A stretch of 63,734 nt of DNA, counting the filler, from Choristocarpus tenellus KU-1152 (taxonomy: Eukaryota > Protista > Phaeophyceae), in assembly GCA_964200185.2 (NCBI GenBank). It is 8 parts of 8 records of this genome, joined end to end, with 100 filler letters (N's around TTAATTAATTAA, not from the genome) between each part and the next. Parts side by side here need not be neighbours in the genome. Positions count along the whole stretch, not along the records: positions 45,088 to 56,086 come from CAXNAD020002573.1; positions 56,187 to 59,347 come from CAXNAD020021865.1; positions 59,448 to 63,734 come from CAXNAD020015282.1; 5 more parts are not named here. The stretch is one strand, 5' to 3'. Made by a program: the position numbers and the translations under genes. This document shows, in pieces, positions 49,801-63,083 of this stretch; position 1 is the stretch's first letter; every line of letters starts with the position of its first letter. A model generated the notes under the pieces. It saw only the letters and a program-made list of their open reading frames with translations, was not told the origin of the DNA and made no database searches.

Positions 49801-52800
49801 CACCCAGTGCCTCAGGCATGCGCACCCTTGTCAAGACCCTGCTTCCTGGATGACTTCAGACTCTATTTTCTCTCTCACTACACAATAGTTCACCTTCAGC
49901 CATATCTTCTCTCTCACTACACAATAGTTCACCTTAAGCCATATCTTCTCCTAATGGGGAAAAAAATCATCTCATTTATTGAGGGTCCATCTTGTTGTGC
50001 TTGAGGTGAGTGCTTTCCCAGCTGTCAAAAATAGCCCCTCAAAATGGACCTATAATGTATAAGCGGCCAATGCACAGCAAACAAGCTTGTCCACTCATGG
50101 GTATTGTTATTTCAGTCCTTTCACCTTAAGGATGTTTCACTGTGCTTGTCTGCTGTCCTCTCCTTGACAGTTGCAAGACCCATCTCATGCCCACCTATCC
50201 TTGTTGACCTCTCTCTCCAACGATTGGTGTAAGCTCAGCTAGTATGATTTTGGTCCGCCTGTACCTAAGAGAAACAGCGTAGGCTCTTTCGAGCGTGAGC
50301 CCCAGTAGTTGGCTGAGCAGTGGGCCTGTTTGTAGAGGAGCGGTCCCTTCACTCTTCACCTCATCCTCACCCATTTCAAACCAATCCTCTTGAACACGCA
50401 TCTTGGTCATATCTTCAGTCATTCATATCCAGATGACATCTTCTTTGTCCTCTATAATATCACACAAATGTAGAGCACCTGGTCCAAGGATGAAGGATTT
50501 GACAAGAACTGAAACCGCTTAGAGTCAATTCCTTGGGCTGCCTCCGCCCAAGCCCCTTCTCTATTACACATCAAATGCTTCTTCTATTCCCAAAGCGATT
50601 GTTGAAGACATGCATCACTGTCTCCAAGTACTGGAGTACCCACCACATGGTATTGTGGCATGTGAAACAAGAAAACCCAACACACTTTCAAAGAGAAGTT
50701 GAGGTCCTGTTTCAGGTTTGAGGTGACTGACCATCATGACGGTTTCAGATCGGTTTTTCGAAATTAGTCAGAAGGCACGAAACCAATAGAGTTGAACCAA
50801 ACCGACTCGAATCCCAGGTCTAGAATATCCTTTTGTCCACTCTGTACTGAAAATAGGTTTAGTCACTTTGGCTGCAAAACGGAAATGAAGCAGCCAAGAT
50901 GTTAAAAACACAAGATCACCCTTAGTAGGTACTCTGGATTACACATGAGTCAAAGTATCCTGGAGGGTAGAGTCCCGTGCGTTTGGCGACCAAAATCCGA
51001 TGTTGAAATTTTGATGTAATTTTGGCTATTGTGTTTGTTAGGAAGTGTCAATATCCTTGTTCCAGACACACCTTTTCATAACATACACTTTACCTACTCC
51101 GAAATGTTTCAGAGTAGGTAATTTGTCATAAAAAACCCATGGGAAGTCACGCCCCAAATGGACAAACAGGGCAAAATTCTTGCCCTCTAAGATACTTTCA
51201 CTCACATATATGTGCCAAGATATATGGTCGGCCAGCTTTCCTTGTGCCTTCCTATTCGTGCGCACCACCAGCACATGATCAACCAGATCGCATTCATTCT
51301 TCTGCATGGACATTGCCAGCACGAGAAAAAATAACACCTGAAAGAGGGGGTTTTCCAACACATATTGCTGGGCACTGTCATCTACCCTATATATTTTGAA
51401 TAGTCATACATATGCAGGCATTTCATTTGTTGTATGTACGGAGTCAAAGCACTCAAGAGGGTACGATTTTTGCCCTTTTGTCCACGCTGGATTTGACTTC
51501 CCACGGGTTTTTATGCCCTTTTCTGGTTTTCGAAATATTTCAGAGTAGCTAAAATGTGTACGACTATGAACGGTGTGTCCGGAGCAAGGATATTGAAACT
51601 TGGTAACAAACACAATAGCTAAAATTCATCAACATTGCAACATTGGATTTATGACCCCGAAATGGACGCAGCCCTACCCTCTTAAATGCTATGGATCACT
51701 TATGTACAAATTTGTCATCTAAGAAAAGCAGAGCAGGCAGAAGCAAATTACTCCAGAGAGTCAAAGTAAACGAGAGGGTTGCATTACAAGGATGTAAACA
51801 AATATATATTACGTGCAGAACTCGTCTTTTTTTTTTTCAAAGGCGTGCAGGATATTTTCTGAACTGTTTCGAAATATTTCAAACAACAGAGAAATCAACG
51901 CTCTCGAGTGAAACTTAGCACTTTATCCGTAGAAATATTGGTGAATTATGAAGGATTGAAAAATTGACTTAAAATGGAAAACGGCCAAAATCTCTTGTAT
52001 ACTTTGACTCACAGTATAATATAGCAAACAGTTTATGTTTTTTTTCTCAGGGACAAGTAGTGTTGATGAAGATGAGGTTGTGCTACTTGGCTCCTGTTAG
52101 GTGACAACATGGAAGGTAGTATTAATCGGGGGGGAGGGAGACCTCTGGTTTGATCGGTAGACTCTTGTTTTCCTTCGTCAAACAACCTGTTATTAATTTA
52201 GAGGATACAAGGGTGACAACACCAGCGGGCCAAGACCTCTGCCGCGATTTCATGGCGGAAGATATTTTGTGAAAAGCAACACTACATCTACCAACAGAAT
52301 AGTCTGTGCAACAAACTTGAATAGAATTTATTCCGTAGTATTCCTCATGGCACCCCCTCATTGCTTGCCTCATTCCCAAGTACTCTGAAGTAGACGAGAG
52401 GTGCCCAAGTTTTTCCCGTTTTCATTTTAAGACAGTTTTCTAATCTGTTGCCATTCACCCATATTTATATGGATGAAGCACTGAGTTTAACTCGAGACCA
52501 TAGATTTCTCACTTGTTTGAACATTTTGGATACAAATTCAGAAAATATCCTGTACATATTTGTAATAAAAGACGAGTTCTTCAGGTGCTTGTCAAAGACC
52601 TTAAAACGCAACTCTGGGTACTCCTTGTTTACTCTGACTCATAATGTCTCCTTGTTTATTTTGTACGTGTGGACTGTTGATGTCTCCTTCTGGTCTTATC
52701 CCAAGCAATATATATATATATTATCTTCTTGAACTATTAAGATTACTATACAGCTCCAGGGCAATCTCCAAAAGAACTCTACAACAGAAGGATACCTCAG

Positions 52801-53250
52801 CAGGCCCTGAGTTGTCGATTGTTGAACAGCTCCAGAGCAATCTCCCAAAATAACTCATAACAAAGAGATTCCTCAGCAGGCCTTTAGCTGTCGACAGGCC
52901 AGGTTTGTATCCTCCCCTTCACTCTCTCCGACCCATGTTCTTTTTTCTCCCCTCTTCCTCCTCTCCCTAGGTTGGTACAGGAAATATCTCACAAAGGTTT
53001 TCACTTCACCTGCCTGGCCTTCAAGGAGGACGAGCAGAGTCGGCACATTCTCTTTGCAGGGACAAATGAGGGTTGCATCCTGCACCTTTCTCTATCGCTG
53101 GGTAACAAGGAAAAGACGAAGGAGGGGCAGAAAGGGGGGGAAGGAGGGAAATGCGAGACAGAAGGACAGGGGAGAAAAGAGAGGCAAATGAGCATAGAGG
53201 GGGAACGAGTAGAGGAAGGAGCGGAGGAAATTTTACAGTGGGAGAAAAAA
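46877..53250 (+). CDS. WD40-repeat protein, two internal exons separated by a ~5.9-kb intron
   Basis: Exon 46877-47075 (AHSGGISDMALS..LLATS..GTVRIWD, AG|GTGAGT) and exon 52971-53250 (CCCTAG|G, HKGFHFTCLAF..LFAGTNEGCI, |GTATGT) join in phase through an AG+G Arg codon. Confidence 0.75.
47450..48600 (-). pseudogene. Possible heavily decayed non-LTR (LINE) RT fragment
   Basis: Only scattered motif-like peptides on - in plausible order (K..DPYRP, IERG..Q, KY), with many stops. Weak. Confidence 0.25.
48651..49173. mobile_element. MITE family C copy containing a nested family A copy
   Basis: GAGCCAGTGTGAACAAG...CTTGTTCACTTTGGCTC TIRs; colinear with 414-682 once 48803-49059 is removed. Confidence 0.75.
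48803..49059. mobile_element. MITE family A copy (nested)
   Basis: GAGTGAAAGTATCCTAGAGGGTA start; flanks TACA/TACA. Confidence 0.88.
49176..49355. mobile_element. MITE family B copy
   Basis: GGCTCAAAGTATCTGGGG...CCCAGATACTTTGGGTC. Confidence 0.88.
49869..49950. repeat. 39-bp tandem duplication
   Basis: TCTCTCTCACTACACAATAGTTCACCTTmAGCCATATCT x2. Confidence 0.85.
50947..51203. mobile_element. MITE family A copy
   Basis: TIRs intact; flanks ACAT/ACAT. Confidence 0.9.
51441..51697. mobile_element. MITE family A copy (diverged)
   Basis: GAGTCAAAGCACTCAAGAGGGTACG start; internal match to family A. Confidence 0.8.
51758..52010. mobile_element. MITE family C copy
   Basis: GAGTCAAAGTAAACGAGAG...CTCTTGTATACTTTGACTC TIRs. 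Confidence 0.8.
52383..52640. mobile_element. MITE family C copy (diverged)
   Basis: Colinear with 414-682; ends TTTACTCTGACTC. Confidence 0.7.
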
Positions 53251-53887
53251 GTATGTTACTGGGGACTCAGGTAGTGGTGGAGGATGGGGTGGGTGGAAGA
53301 GTGACTGAGAAATTGCTCATAGAGTGGTGGGGAGTGCTGATTTATTTTTAAAGGGTGATTGAACAACATCTGTTACAAGGTGCATGTTTTAGGTTCCCAT
53401 TTCTCCCTGGCACAGTGGTTGTTCTTACTTGAGGATGGGGCTATCTGCTGCTGAAGGAAAGGGTGGTGTGTGTCTTCTATTGTTACCATCACCTTAGGGG
53501 AAGTGTCATATGTCAACCTTTCCCTTCAGAACATGGTAGGGAAAGCGAATTGGTACGCTGAGCTCATCTGTTCCCTACTGTCACAAACCTCAAACCAACA
53601 CAAGTACTAGCGCGCACCCCAGCAGTACCTAGAGATAACCAAACATATACTTAGAGCCGCAGATTGACGTTGCTCCCTGCCAAGTTTGTACTCCAAATTT
53701 GAAAGTACTACATGTTCTTTGTGTGTTTTCATTTCATATACGTCCTCCTTTTTCTACATATACAGCCACAGTTGGCAACACTTGGCGACTCGCCGAGATT
53801 CAGAACAAGCTTGTTGAAACATCCAAGGCAGAAGGAGGCTTTGCGTCAGTTTTCACCCTTGATGTTTATTGAAATATTATATATATA

Positions 53888-54136
53888 TATCTTAGAGGGT
53901 ACGCGTTTTACACTTTTTATCCATTTGGGGCTTGACTTCTGATGGGTTTCTTATGACATTTCCAACTCCGAAATGCTGTGCAGTAGGTAATATGTGTACG
54001 TTGTGAAAAGGTGTGTTCGGAACAAGGATATTGACACTTCCTAAACAAGCACAATTCCCAAAATTGCATCAAAATCACAACCTTGGATTTTGATCCCCAA
54101 ACGGACACGGCCCTACTGTCTAAGATACTTTGACTC
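53888..54136. mobile_element. MITE family A copy, left tip lost in a (TA)n run
   Basis: TATCTTAGAGGGTACG...TAAGATACTTTGACTC. Confidence 0.85.
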
Positions 54137-54652
54137 ATTACTGGCTCGATATGAGTCGCATTTCAAGTATTTCTGGAAGAAACTGCATGTGAAGGACTAA
54201 GCGTGCTATGTTTCTTAGGTTTACTTGTTGTAGCTAACGTGTGTTTCCCTGCCCCTGCGGGTTATGAAAGATAGAAGAGATTCTCAAGTTCAGATTTCTT
54301 CGAACCTGCTTCTGAAATTCTGTAGTGATAAGAAGTTCAAAGTATTACAGAGTATATACTCAGCTCTATGGATCTATTCTGAAGTTCATACCTTGCATCA
54401 GAGTTATCCGCATTGATCTCGTTCCCAGTTCACTGTAAGCCCCCACTGTTCATCAGATCGAGACAGTATAATAATATCTGTGCTTATTACCTATTGTCAC
54501 TACAGAACTTAAGTGTATGGGCAGCAGGAGCTGAGATCTCCGGATATATACTACGTCAGAGTAAGAACTCAGTAACTATAAGGTAACAATATCACCAGGC
54601 CCTCTCGAGGATAATGGTCATCACCACTTTGTATATACAGAACAGCATTTCT

Positions 54653-54910
54653 CAGCCAAAGTATCCTAGAGGGTAGGGCCGCGTCCATTTGGGGGCTAAA
54701 ATCCAATGTTGCGATTTTGATGTAATTTCGGCTATCGTGTTTGTTAGGAAGTGTCAATATCCTTGTTCCGGACACACGTTTTCGTAAGGTATACATTTTA
54801 CCTACTCCGAGACATTTTGGAGTAGGAAAATGTTATAAAAAAACCCATGGGAAGTCAAGCCCCAAATGGACAAATAGGGCAAACTCGTACCCTCTAGGAT
54901 GCTTTCACTC
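54653..54910. mobile_element. MITE family A copy
   Basis: CAGCCAAAGTATCCTAGAGGGTA...TACCCTCTAGGATGCTTTCACTC; flanks TCT/TCT. Confidence 0.9.
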
Positions 54911-55944
54911 TCTTCAAAGTGGCAGATATGCCAATATCGCTCAAACCACTCAGTATGCATCATTGCATCACTACACTGCTACTTTGAGTATTGTCATAAA
55001 AACATACAACAGCTCATGCTCACCACACCTGTGTACTGCATTTGGCAGTATATGGGGATTGAGTATTAGCATGTAGCTGATACAGTATTAATCTATCTCC
55101 AGTCCAACTTCCACATATTAAATTACCCTAAAGTTGGGCTGGGCCACAGTTATCGCTATTCTGAGAGGTTTGTTAATTTCCTGTAACGTGGAAAATAGCT
55201 TTTGGGATTAATAGTACAGTATCAGTTCACTTCTTATCCCCACTACTTTGTCATCGTTATAGCCCATCTTGATGATAAGTGGTATCATGTATCAGGTTGA
55301 CTCAAGTTGTCTACCAAGCCCAATCCTCTTGCACTGCCATGTGCCATTACTGCTCAGCATGTTCTTAGGTATATCAAGCAACTAACTGCAAGGGACTTTG
55401 TTAAGCTGACCTTGACAATCTGTTGTCTCATACAACCAGTTATATTATAGTTTATTAGCTTGAATCACAGTTGAGAAGAGAGTGAGATACCTTCACTCGG
55501 TGGGGCTCACCAATCCTTACATTGAATGACTGAGAATACCAAATGACTCAACAGTTCTCTAGTACACGTCAGAAACACTCCGATTCTAATAGTCCGCCAA
55601 TTACTTCTGGTCAAATATCCCGCCTAAATATCCTGCATGTCCTGCATTATCGTCTGTGCGTACATAAAATAATACTTCAAATCATATTCTCACAAATGAT
55701 CAAGGGAAAGTTTATGAAGTAATCTGAGTTTTGTGGGCAGAGGAACTCTGGTTGGTTGGGGGCACAGGGCAAGGAAGGGGACAGTAAATAAATATAAGTA
55801 TTAAGGAGGGAATGAAGAGTTAAGATTGAGTGCTTGAGAAAATAGATGGCAGACGGAGGCACAAGGGGAGAAGGAATGAACAGTATTGAATCGAATGAAG
55901 AAACCTGAAGCTGGGGGACAAGACGAGGAGGGCCAGATCAAGAG

Positions 55945-56350
55945 GACCCCCGAGCAAGCTTTCCCGCCCACCCGCCCTGTCGATTGCTCACGACCGACTT
56001 GGATCTCAGGGTGGGAGGGGAGGTCAAGTTCGGGCGGGGTAAATGTCTTCTAGCTCAAAGGCACGGTATGAAGGGGATGATGAAGGNNNNNNNNNNNNNN
56101 NNNNNNNNNNNNNNNNNNNNNNNNNNNNNNTTAATTAATTAANNNNNNNNNNNNNNNNNNNNNNNNNNNNNNNNNNNNNNNNNNNNGGAGACCAAGGCAA
56201 CCTCCGAGAAAGCTTCTCCCACCCACCCACCCTGTCGCTTGCTCACGAACGACGGAAACGCTGGGAAAAGGGTGGGGGAGGGGAGGCCAAGTTCCGGCGG
56301 GGTAGATGTCTTCTAGCTCAAAGGCACGGTTTAAAGTGAATCATGAAGGG
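55945..56350 (+). repeat. Two diverged copies of the same ~140-bp repeat on either side of a linker
   Basis: CCCTGTCG.TTGCTCACGA and ATGTCTTCTAGCTCAAAGGCACGGT occur at both 55975-56070 and 56230-56330. Confidence 0.8.
56087..56186. other. Artificial contig linker
   Basis: Same linker. Confidence 0.99.
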
Positions 56351-59347
56351 GTGTTCTTGGATGATTGTGGAGTGGTGTTGAGTGGTATGAGAACTACTGT
56401 GGGGTTGAGGGGAGTCGTAACTTGTGTGGGTTGAAAGGATGGCTTGCAATCAGTGACGAAGGGCATTCGCAATGGTTGGCCATCAAATGGGGAATAGAGA
56501 ATAATAGAGGAATGGCAAATTAGGAATGAGCAAATAATAATAATCCAGAATTCGTGAGCAAAACAAATTGGTCTCTTGAGAAGATTCCACACCCTCAATC
56601 TCACAAAAGATCCTCCACTGGATTCCAGCATCCCTGAGAAGGAACACAATCGGTATTATTGTATATGGCATACAGGAATAACGGTATGATAACAGACAAC
56701 CCTGCTTTCCACACTAGTCGTTGATGATCCTGAACCTTGGGGAGACGTATGCAAAAGAAAGCTATTCCAGTAAGTCTTTTCATTATGCTGTAAGGATATA
56801 TTTATTAGCGGAGTGAGCACTACCCTCGAGGTGGGGGGGTGCTCTCCCTTGTTATCTAATGCGTACGTCAGCAAACACGTCAGAAATATGTTTGTGACAG
56901 GTACACTACGTCAGCCAATAACTGTGTCAGTTACACTACGCCATCCACTTATATTAAATAGAAATAAGACTCAATCCATCGAAACTCGAACCTGTTATTT
57001 TAAGTATATGGAAACAAGTCCTTGACACTTACTTACTCTACTCAGTCAATACTTCTGTTGTTTAGTGCTGGTCACTAAACACATAAGACCCTATAGACTA
57101 CCTAGTCTATATTGCACAAGACGCACAACACACTCCACGACTACACATTGCTTCTCATACTATTATAATATTAACTAAAATGTTGCACATGACTAATTTA
57201 CAGCCTCTGTTTCAACCTTACTTCTTGCCCATTGGGTTCAACACCTCCACCTTTCGTCGCTCCACCTCCTCCCTAGAATGTTCTGCTGGATCCCCGAAAC
57301 TGTTCGTGCAGAGTTTTTGTGGTATAGTACAGACTGATAAGTAAAAACATTGTGTTTGCCATGATATGGTATTATAGCATCTTTGAGACCAGATTTTTTT
57401 GAAGAGAAGATTACGTTGAAGAGGATCAATCCACTAAATTCATACAGGTGACTACTACCCTTGTCTACTGAGTCACAAGTATGCCCACTGCAACAGTACA
57501 TATCTAGTGCTGTGAATCACGACAGTTCAATCGGCTTCAGTTCAATAAATCGGAACAACTGAATAACTGAACTGAATAAGTTCAATGGGAGGGCGGTTCC
57601 ACAACACGCACATCCAGAAATGTGACTACGGTATGTCCTAGGTGTCACTACCAACACTTTTCAGTGTTCATTACTTCATATCTCTCTGCTGAGACCTGTT
57701 GTGGAGGCTTCGGAGGTTTTGTCGTACGCGACAATAGTTCATTTCGATTCAAGTTGATTTTTTCTTCGACCGATTTAGTCGTAGTAATATATTATTTCAG
57801 TTGATAATACTAATGTGGTTGGTTTTGTACCATTAATGAGTTGCTGACATCCTAACCTTAATTTGATTTACACTTTTCGATAACCAAGTTCGTCTGTCAA
57901 CATGCCAAAAATAATAGTAATAACTAGATGTGACCTACGATAGAAGATGCTTCTGGCAGCTGGTCACCAGATTAGGGGTGAGACCTCTTGACGCCAAGAA
58001 TGAGTTCCGATGAAATACGTTGATATTGACATTGTGCAAGTGTCTCTACCTCCCTCACAACTGCAGATCGAGGGTCATCACGTAATATAGGTGATTCGAG
58101 AAAAGGGGTTCTTGCGTGCGACCCTAGAGTAGAATATGGAGTTGCGACAAGGACGAAGAGTGTGCATTCCTTAACAGTCTTAGTGCCAAAGGGTGGGTGG
58201 AGATATGGGTAAGTAGAAAGTCAGTGACAAGCGAGGATCTAGAGCACAATTCGTACCAGCTACATCATCGCTTGCATAGATGCTGAAATGCTGTGGAGGT
58301 CTTACTCTTTGGCGGCCTGTTGTGCAACTTGGTTTGTCACTTCCATGGGTGTTGAATTGCGACAAAGGCTTTGTTCTGGGGGGGTGATGATATACCACTT
58401 GCGCACTTGATCCCTCCGTCCCCACTGGCCTTCCCCATCGAGTCAAACCGACTGAGAGGTGGGCAGGGTTTCATCTTGAGGGTCCTGAGAAAGCGCAAAA
58501 TGATGCTATTTTGTAGAATTTCATAAATGGGCTCTGCAGAATTGTGATGTCATTGTGTGAGTGGAAACGTGGAATTTCAATTTGTGTACACTATTGTGCA
58601 CATAAAACAATGAAATAGAGTGTGTTGTAGAGGGTAAGAAAGATGACTTGGAATGCTAAAGGGTCTAAATCTGCCTATCTCTCAAATGGTTTGACTCTTC
58701 CCCTTGGTCTCCAACTACTACACGGAGTTAAGTCATTTTAGGAATGTACCCTCTTTTTGTCCCAGTCACGATTCCTCGTTCCTCTTATGGGTCGCAACCA
58801 AGGACTTCCCTCCACTCGAATCCCTCTTTTTGGTGACAGTCTCATGCGCGCAAGGTCATCCCATGCTGAGGATGTGACTCCTAAGCAACAGATGCCATAA
58901 TGTAGACCCATCCCTTCCTACTGGAGATAAGTGGAGGGCAGATTCTCAGTACAAGACCGCGAACCACACAGAGGTAGAATTCCAAAGTCCTATACAGGAT
59001 GAATCTAGGACGCCTCAGAGAGCCAAAAACAAAACGAAAGATGAAATCGGATCATATTGAGGAGCTATGAAAAGTCCCATGCGGGGAGCTGAGTACTCTC
59101 CCCAGTATGGTGAGACAAGGTAGAGCCCTCATATTTCAAAAACTCTCCCACCGGCTGATGTTGACCTTGATGAGATATATAGCTCCAATCCACAAGCCTG
59201 CAGGCTGATGAAGAGGCTTAAAGACGGTGTCTTGGTGTGTCGATGCCTGATACCCAACAAAAGTGTATGGTTATTATCAGGCTTTCAGATAATAGGTAAT
59301 AGTTGACCCAAAGTATCTGGGGGGGAGGGGGGGGGGGGCCTACACCA

Positions 59348-59447
59348 NNNNNNNNNNNNNNNNNNNNNNNNNNNNNNNNNNNNNNNNNNNNTTAATTAAT
59401 TAANNNNNNNNNNNNNNNNNNNNNNNNNNNNNNNNNNNNNNNNNNNN
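59348..59447. other. Artificial contig linker
   Basis: Same linker; preceded by a truncated MITE-B end (GACCCAAAGTATCTGGGG, 59305). Confidence 0.99.
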
Positions 59448-59582
59448 TGTGGAGCAGCTTGAATTGGGGGTCCTATTGTAGGCAAATAAACACCCCATTC
59501 ATGATTTTTGAAGCCCCCCCCCCCCCCCCCCCCTCCCCCTTCCCTCCCTCCCCCCCTCCCACCTATCCCCCGACTTCTGCAG

Positions 59583-59660
59583 GTTCAGATGCGCAACTTA
59601 AAGCTCTTTGGCTCCCCAACATCTGAGGTCCGCCCTGACATGCCAAAGCTCGATGCCTGA
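59583..59660 (+). CDS. Possible terminal exon of an unknown gene
   Basis: Long pyrimidine tract then CTTCTGCAG|, 26 codons VQMRNLKLFGSPTSEVRPDMPKLDA*. No recognisable family. Confidence 0.35.
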   Translation, partial: VQMRNLKLFGSPTSEVRPDMPKLDA

Positions 59661-62600
59661 TGTCTGAAGTGGATGTGTTGTAAGGAAGACGCATCAGACA
59701 CGGCTGCGTGTGCCTTCGTTTGACGTGTGTTGTCCTGTGGCGTCTCTCTGCGTTTGTCCTGTCCTCCCATCCAATATTGCACTCCACCTTTATCTGTGTC
59801 AAATCTGCGCTTCTTGTGTCAGAGTGTGCGAACAGGTGCAGAGATCTGGTCACCAGCATCGCTAGCGACCCTTGTTACTTTTTGTGTGTCCTATATTTTC
59901 GGGAGGTGAAGAATATGAGTGAGTTGGCCTAGGATTGAGTTGTGATGGGTCATAGCAATAGGACGCACTTCATTTATAATGGCGAACAAGAACATTATCT
60001 CAAGATGTGCACAACAACGATAGGGGCTGTTGCGTGGTTGCCCACTAGACACTCTATTTTTTGTGCTTGTGGAGGGTCGAGAGGAAGAGAGAGATCAAGG
60101 AGTCTGGTCATGGCAGCCCACTACCTGAACGGGCGTGAATGGGGAGATGCATTTGCCGTTCTTGAGCACTAGCCCTTGTCAGGAACACAACACAACGAAT
60201 CTTGGGATTGAAATAAGAATCAACCGTCATTTTGGTGACAGCGAAGAACCCAACATTTTTTTTTAAGTTACATTTTTTGTTATATGTGATGGGGAAGGGC
60301 TCTGCAATGGACTTTGACAGTGTGTGCTATTCAAGCACGCTCTTGCCCTTCTTGTGTCAGGTCTACTCTGCTGAACCGGTTGGGAGATGTCTTGGTCGCG
60401 CAATTGAAATAAGACTAGCTCTTTACCGTGTTCTAATTTACAGGTGCTGCAAAGGAGACCATCAAAGGTAAATAAAACAAGACAGTGTCGTGGGTTAATC
60501 TTCCGATATTAATTATTTTATTTATTTCAATTACCATCAAACCGCCATTTCCAAAAGAGTATTTTTTCCCACCAGGAACAGTTGCCAAAAAAAAAAAATC
60601 TTGCTGGGAAGTGCTGGAAATTTCCTTGATGTTTTTTTTGGTATGCTGGATATGATAACAGTGACAAGATTTTGAATAGCCTTTCGGCATACTCAGACTA
60701 CAAGTACTAATTTTGCGTAGAGTCTAGGAAACATACATGCATGCCATGCTCCCAAGCTGGAGTGAATTTTATCCCTGTTCCTCTGCCCCTCTCTGACTTT
60801 AATGTATCACACCATAGTAGCAAGCTATGGGCATATAATGCTTACTTGAGACTGGAGGTTGAGTACGAAGACTCAGCTATTCTTGCACTAGTGTTACCAT
60901 GACCACACCTTTTCTGCACTGCTGCTCTTTCAGTGGTTTGGAAGTAGAGCTTGCAACGGCGCGTTAACTTTCATGTTACTCATGTTGAGTATTTTAATTG
61001 AGGTTCAGTTCTTTCTTGGTGGTACAGTATGACTAAAAAACATGCCTTGATGGTATTATGTATGTGTGTGTGTGTGTGTGTGGAAGTACTTGTACCGCTC
61101 ATGGTAAATGCATAGCATCATACTGCTGTGTCGACTACCAATTTCCAAGGCAGCAGAGGACGGGAATTTTGTAGACTAGTCAATCCCAACTTGTGAAAAA
61201 TCTTCCACTTGCCACTTGGAATGCTCTGCTTACACTGCGTGGGTGACCTGTTGGTTTTCCTTTGAGAAGGTATGATTATGACAGGACATGCTCTCTGATG
61301 TATAGTGAGGATGGTGATCTTGGATGAAATTATAGCACCAAAAAAAACTGTGCAGTAAGTGCAAACTAATTTGTTGGATGGTGTTTTCTTCCCAAGTGCA
61401 GTGCCTGGAAGCAACTACAGCAATGGGGGAATAATATGTTTTCCTACAGGCCTAAGTGGGTAATACACATGTATCATATGATGTGGGATAGGTCAACATT
61501 CCTGGAAGGAAAAGAATTGGACTTTTAAGGAACAGGTAATGATTTACAGGTTGTGCTGTGGATTAAAACAACTCACGAATGCTTGCATTAAAATTGGGTC
61601 AAAATTATTTGACCAACTAGATTGGATCAAAGAAGTGCCGAGCATCTATCACAAGGCGGCAATGAGGAAACACCAACCGCCCTGAGGATGTTGAAAGCTG
61701 ATCTCACAGTGAATGGATGTGTAAGAAACAACATGCAAATCAAAAACATTTTGATGATGACATGTAAATTGACATTGACTCAATTGAACATAAATATTCA
61801 CAACACTGCTTCCCAAGGTGTTGAAAAATATGCTTTTTCAGAGCGCATTTTGTAGAAAAGTTGTAAACGATAATGTATGTATATACGCTGGAATAAGCTG
61901 TGATGTAGGGGAAATATCATCCATCGAAAGCAAAAGCTGGCACTGGTGGCATCTATGGCAGGCAGATACATGTACTACATTATGTGGATGACAACACATG
62001 GGAGAGTGGGGGAAACTGTAGATGTTGCCCTCCTACCCTGAAAAAAAGAGTGCGCCTGTTTTGTTCTCAATTTGAGTTTAATGTGTGCATTAAAAAAAGC
62101 AGTTATGTAATGCACTCCAGAATCCTGTCATCAAAGTACAAATAGTAATTAGAGTATCTTGGAGAGATGGAGCATATCCACCCTGGTGCAAGCAAATATT
62201 TCATTGCACCTGTTACAGCTGAAAACATATAGTGCCTCGAACAGTAACATCCCTAATCCTATTAGTGCCTCCAATATAGGAGGGTGGGGGGGGGGGAAGG
62301 AAGGTTTTGTGCGGTTGAGGCCAGTCCAAAGAGTAACACTGCTGAACGATAAAAAACAGGAAGTTGTGGTGCGCACATACCTCACACAGGTGTTTCATGA
62401 TGATGATTGACCAATCAGCACATGAGTGGAATAGACAAAAGACCCACAGCCAACATTTTTTAGGGCGTTTTCACCCTGCTTCTATATCTCTGAGAGACTT
62501 GTTTTGTATCCCCTTGACATAAAAATCGTAGGAAACCACTTTTTTTTCTAAAAGTTACTGTTATTATGTTAATAGTCTGGGGAACATCCCAACCCACTAT

Positions 62601-63083
62601 TAGAGGCACTACGTACTGCACTTCTCACAGTAGCTACTAACTCTTGCACTGTTTCTTATATTAAAATAGGACTACGTGGACTGCTTCTGTCATTTACGCC
62701 TTGCTTCTCATGGATTGGGTTCAGCAATCCCACCACTCGCTGCCCCACTGTCTTCAAATCTTGTCCTGGAACTTCCTGGATGTGGCCAGCTTGATCTTGG
62801 TCCAGTGCATTTCTCATGGTATATTAGCGACAAATAGAATAGCACAGGACAAGTGCACAATCCGTATTGCTTGCCATGCGGAATTGGATCATCAAAACCA
62901 GATATCCATGACAAAAATTTGGCATCTAAGGGGTTCAAACCCGTGAGATTCATGAAGGGAATAGCCTCCTCAACCGCTGAGCCTCAAGGAGGCTCTAGAA
63001 GTATCATATATTTTTTATAAACCAACCCATTGGAGCAGCAGCAGTGTTCTGTGCAACCACAGAGCTACCACCGGCGTCCATTC

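Noticed and set aside
50150-50830. Possible hAT transposase fragment with AACCG-type subterminal motifs
   Set aside because: Single weak motif; no TIR or TSD pair found.
58000-59280. Possible decayed Gypsy/DIRS RT-RNase H on -
   Set aside because: Motif resemblance too weak to call without a profile search.
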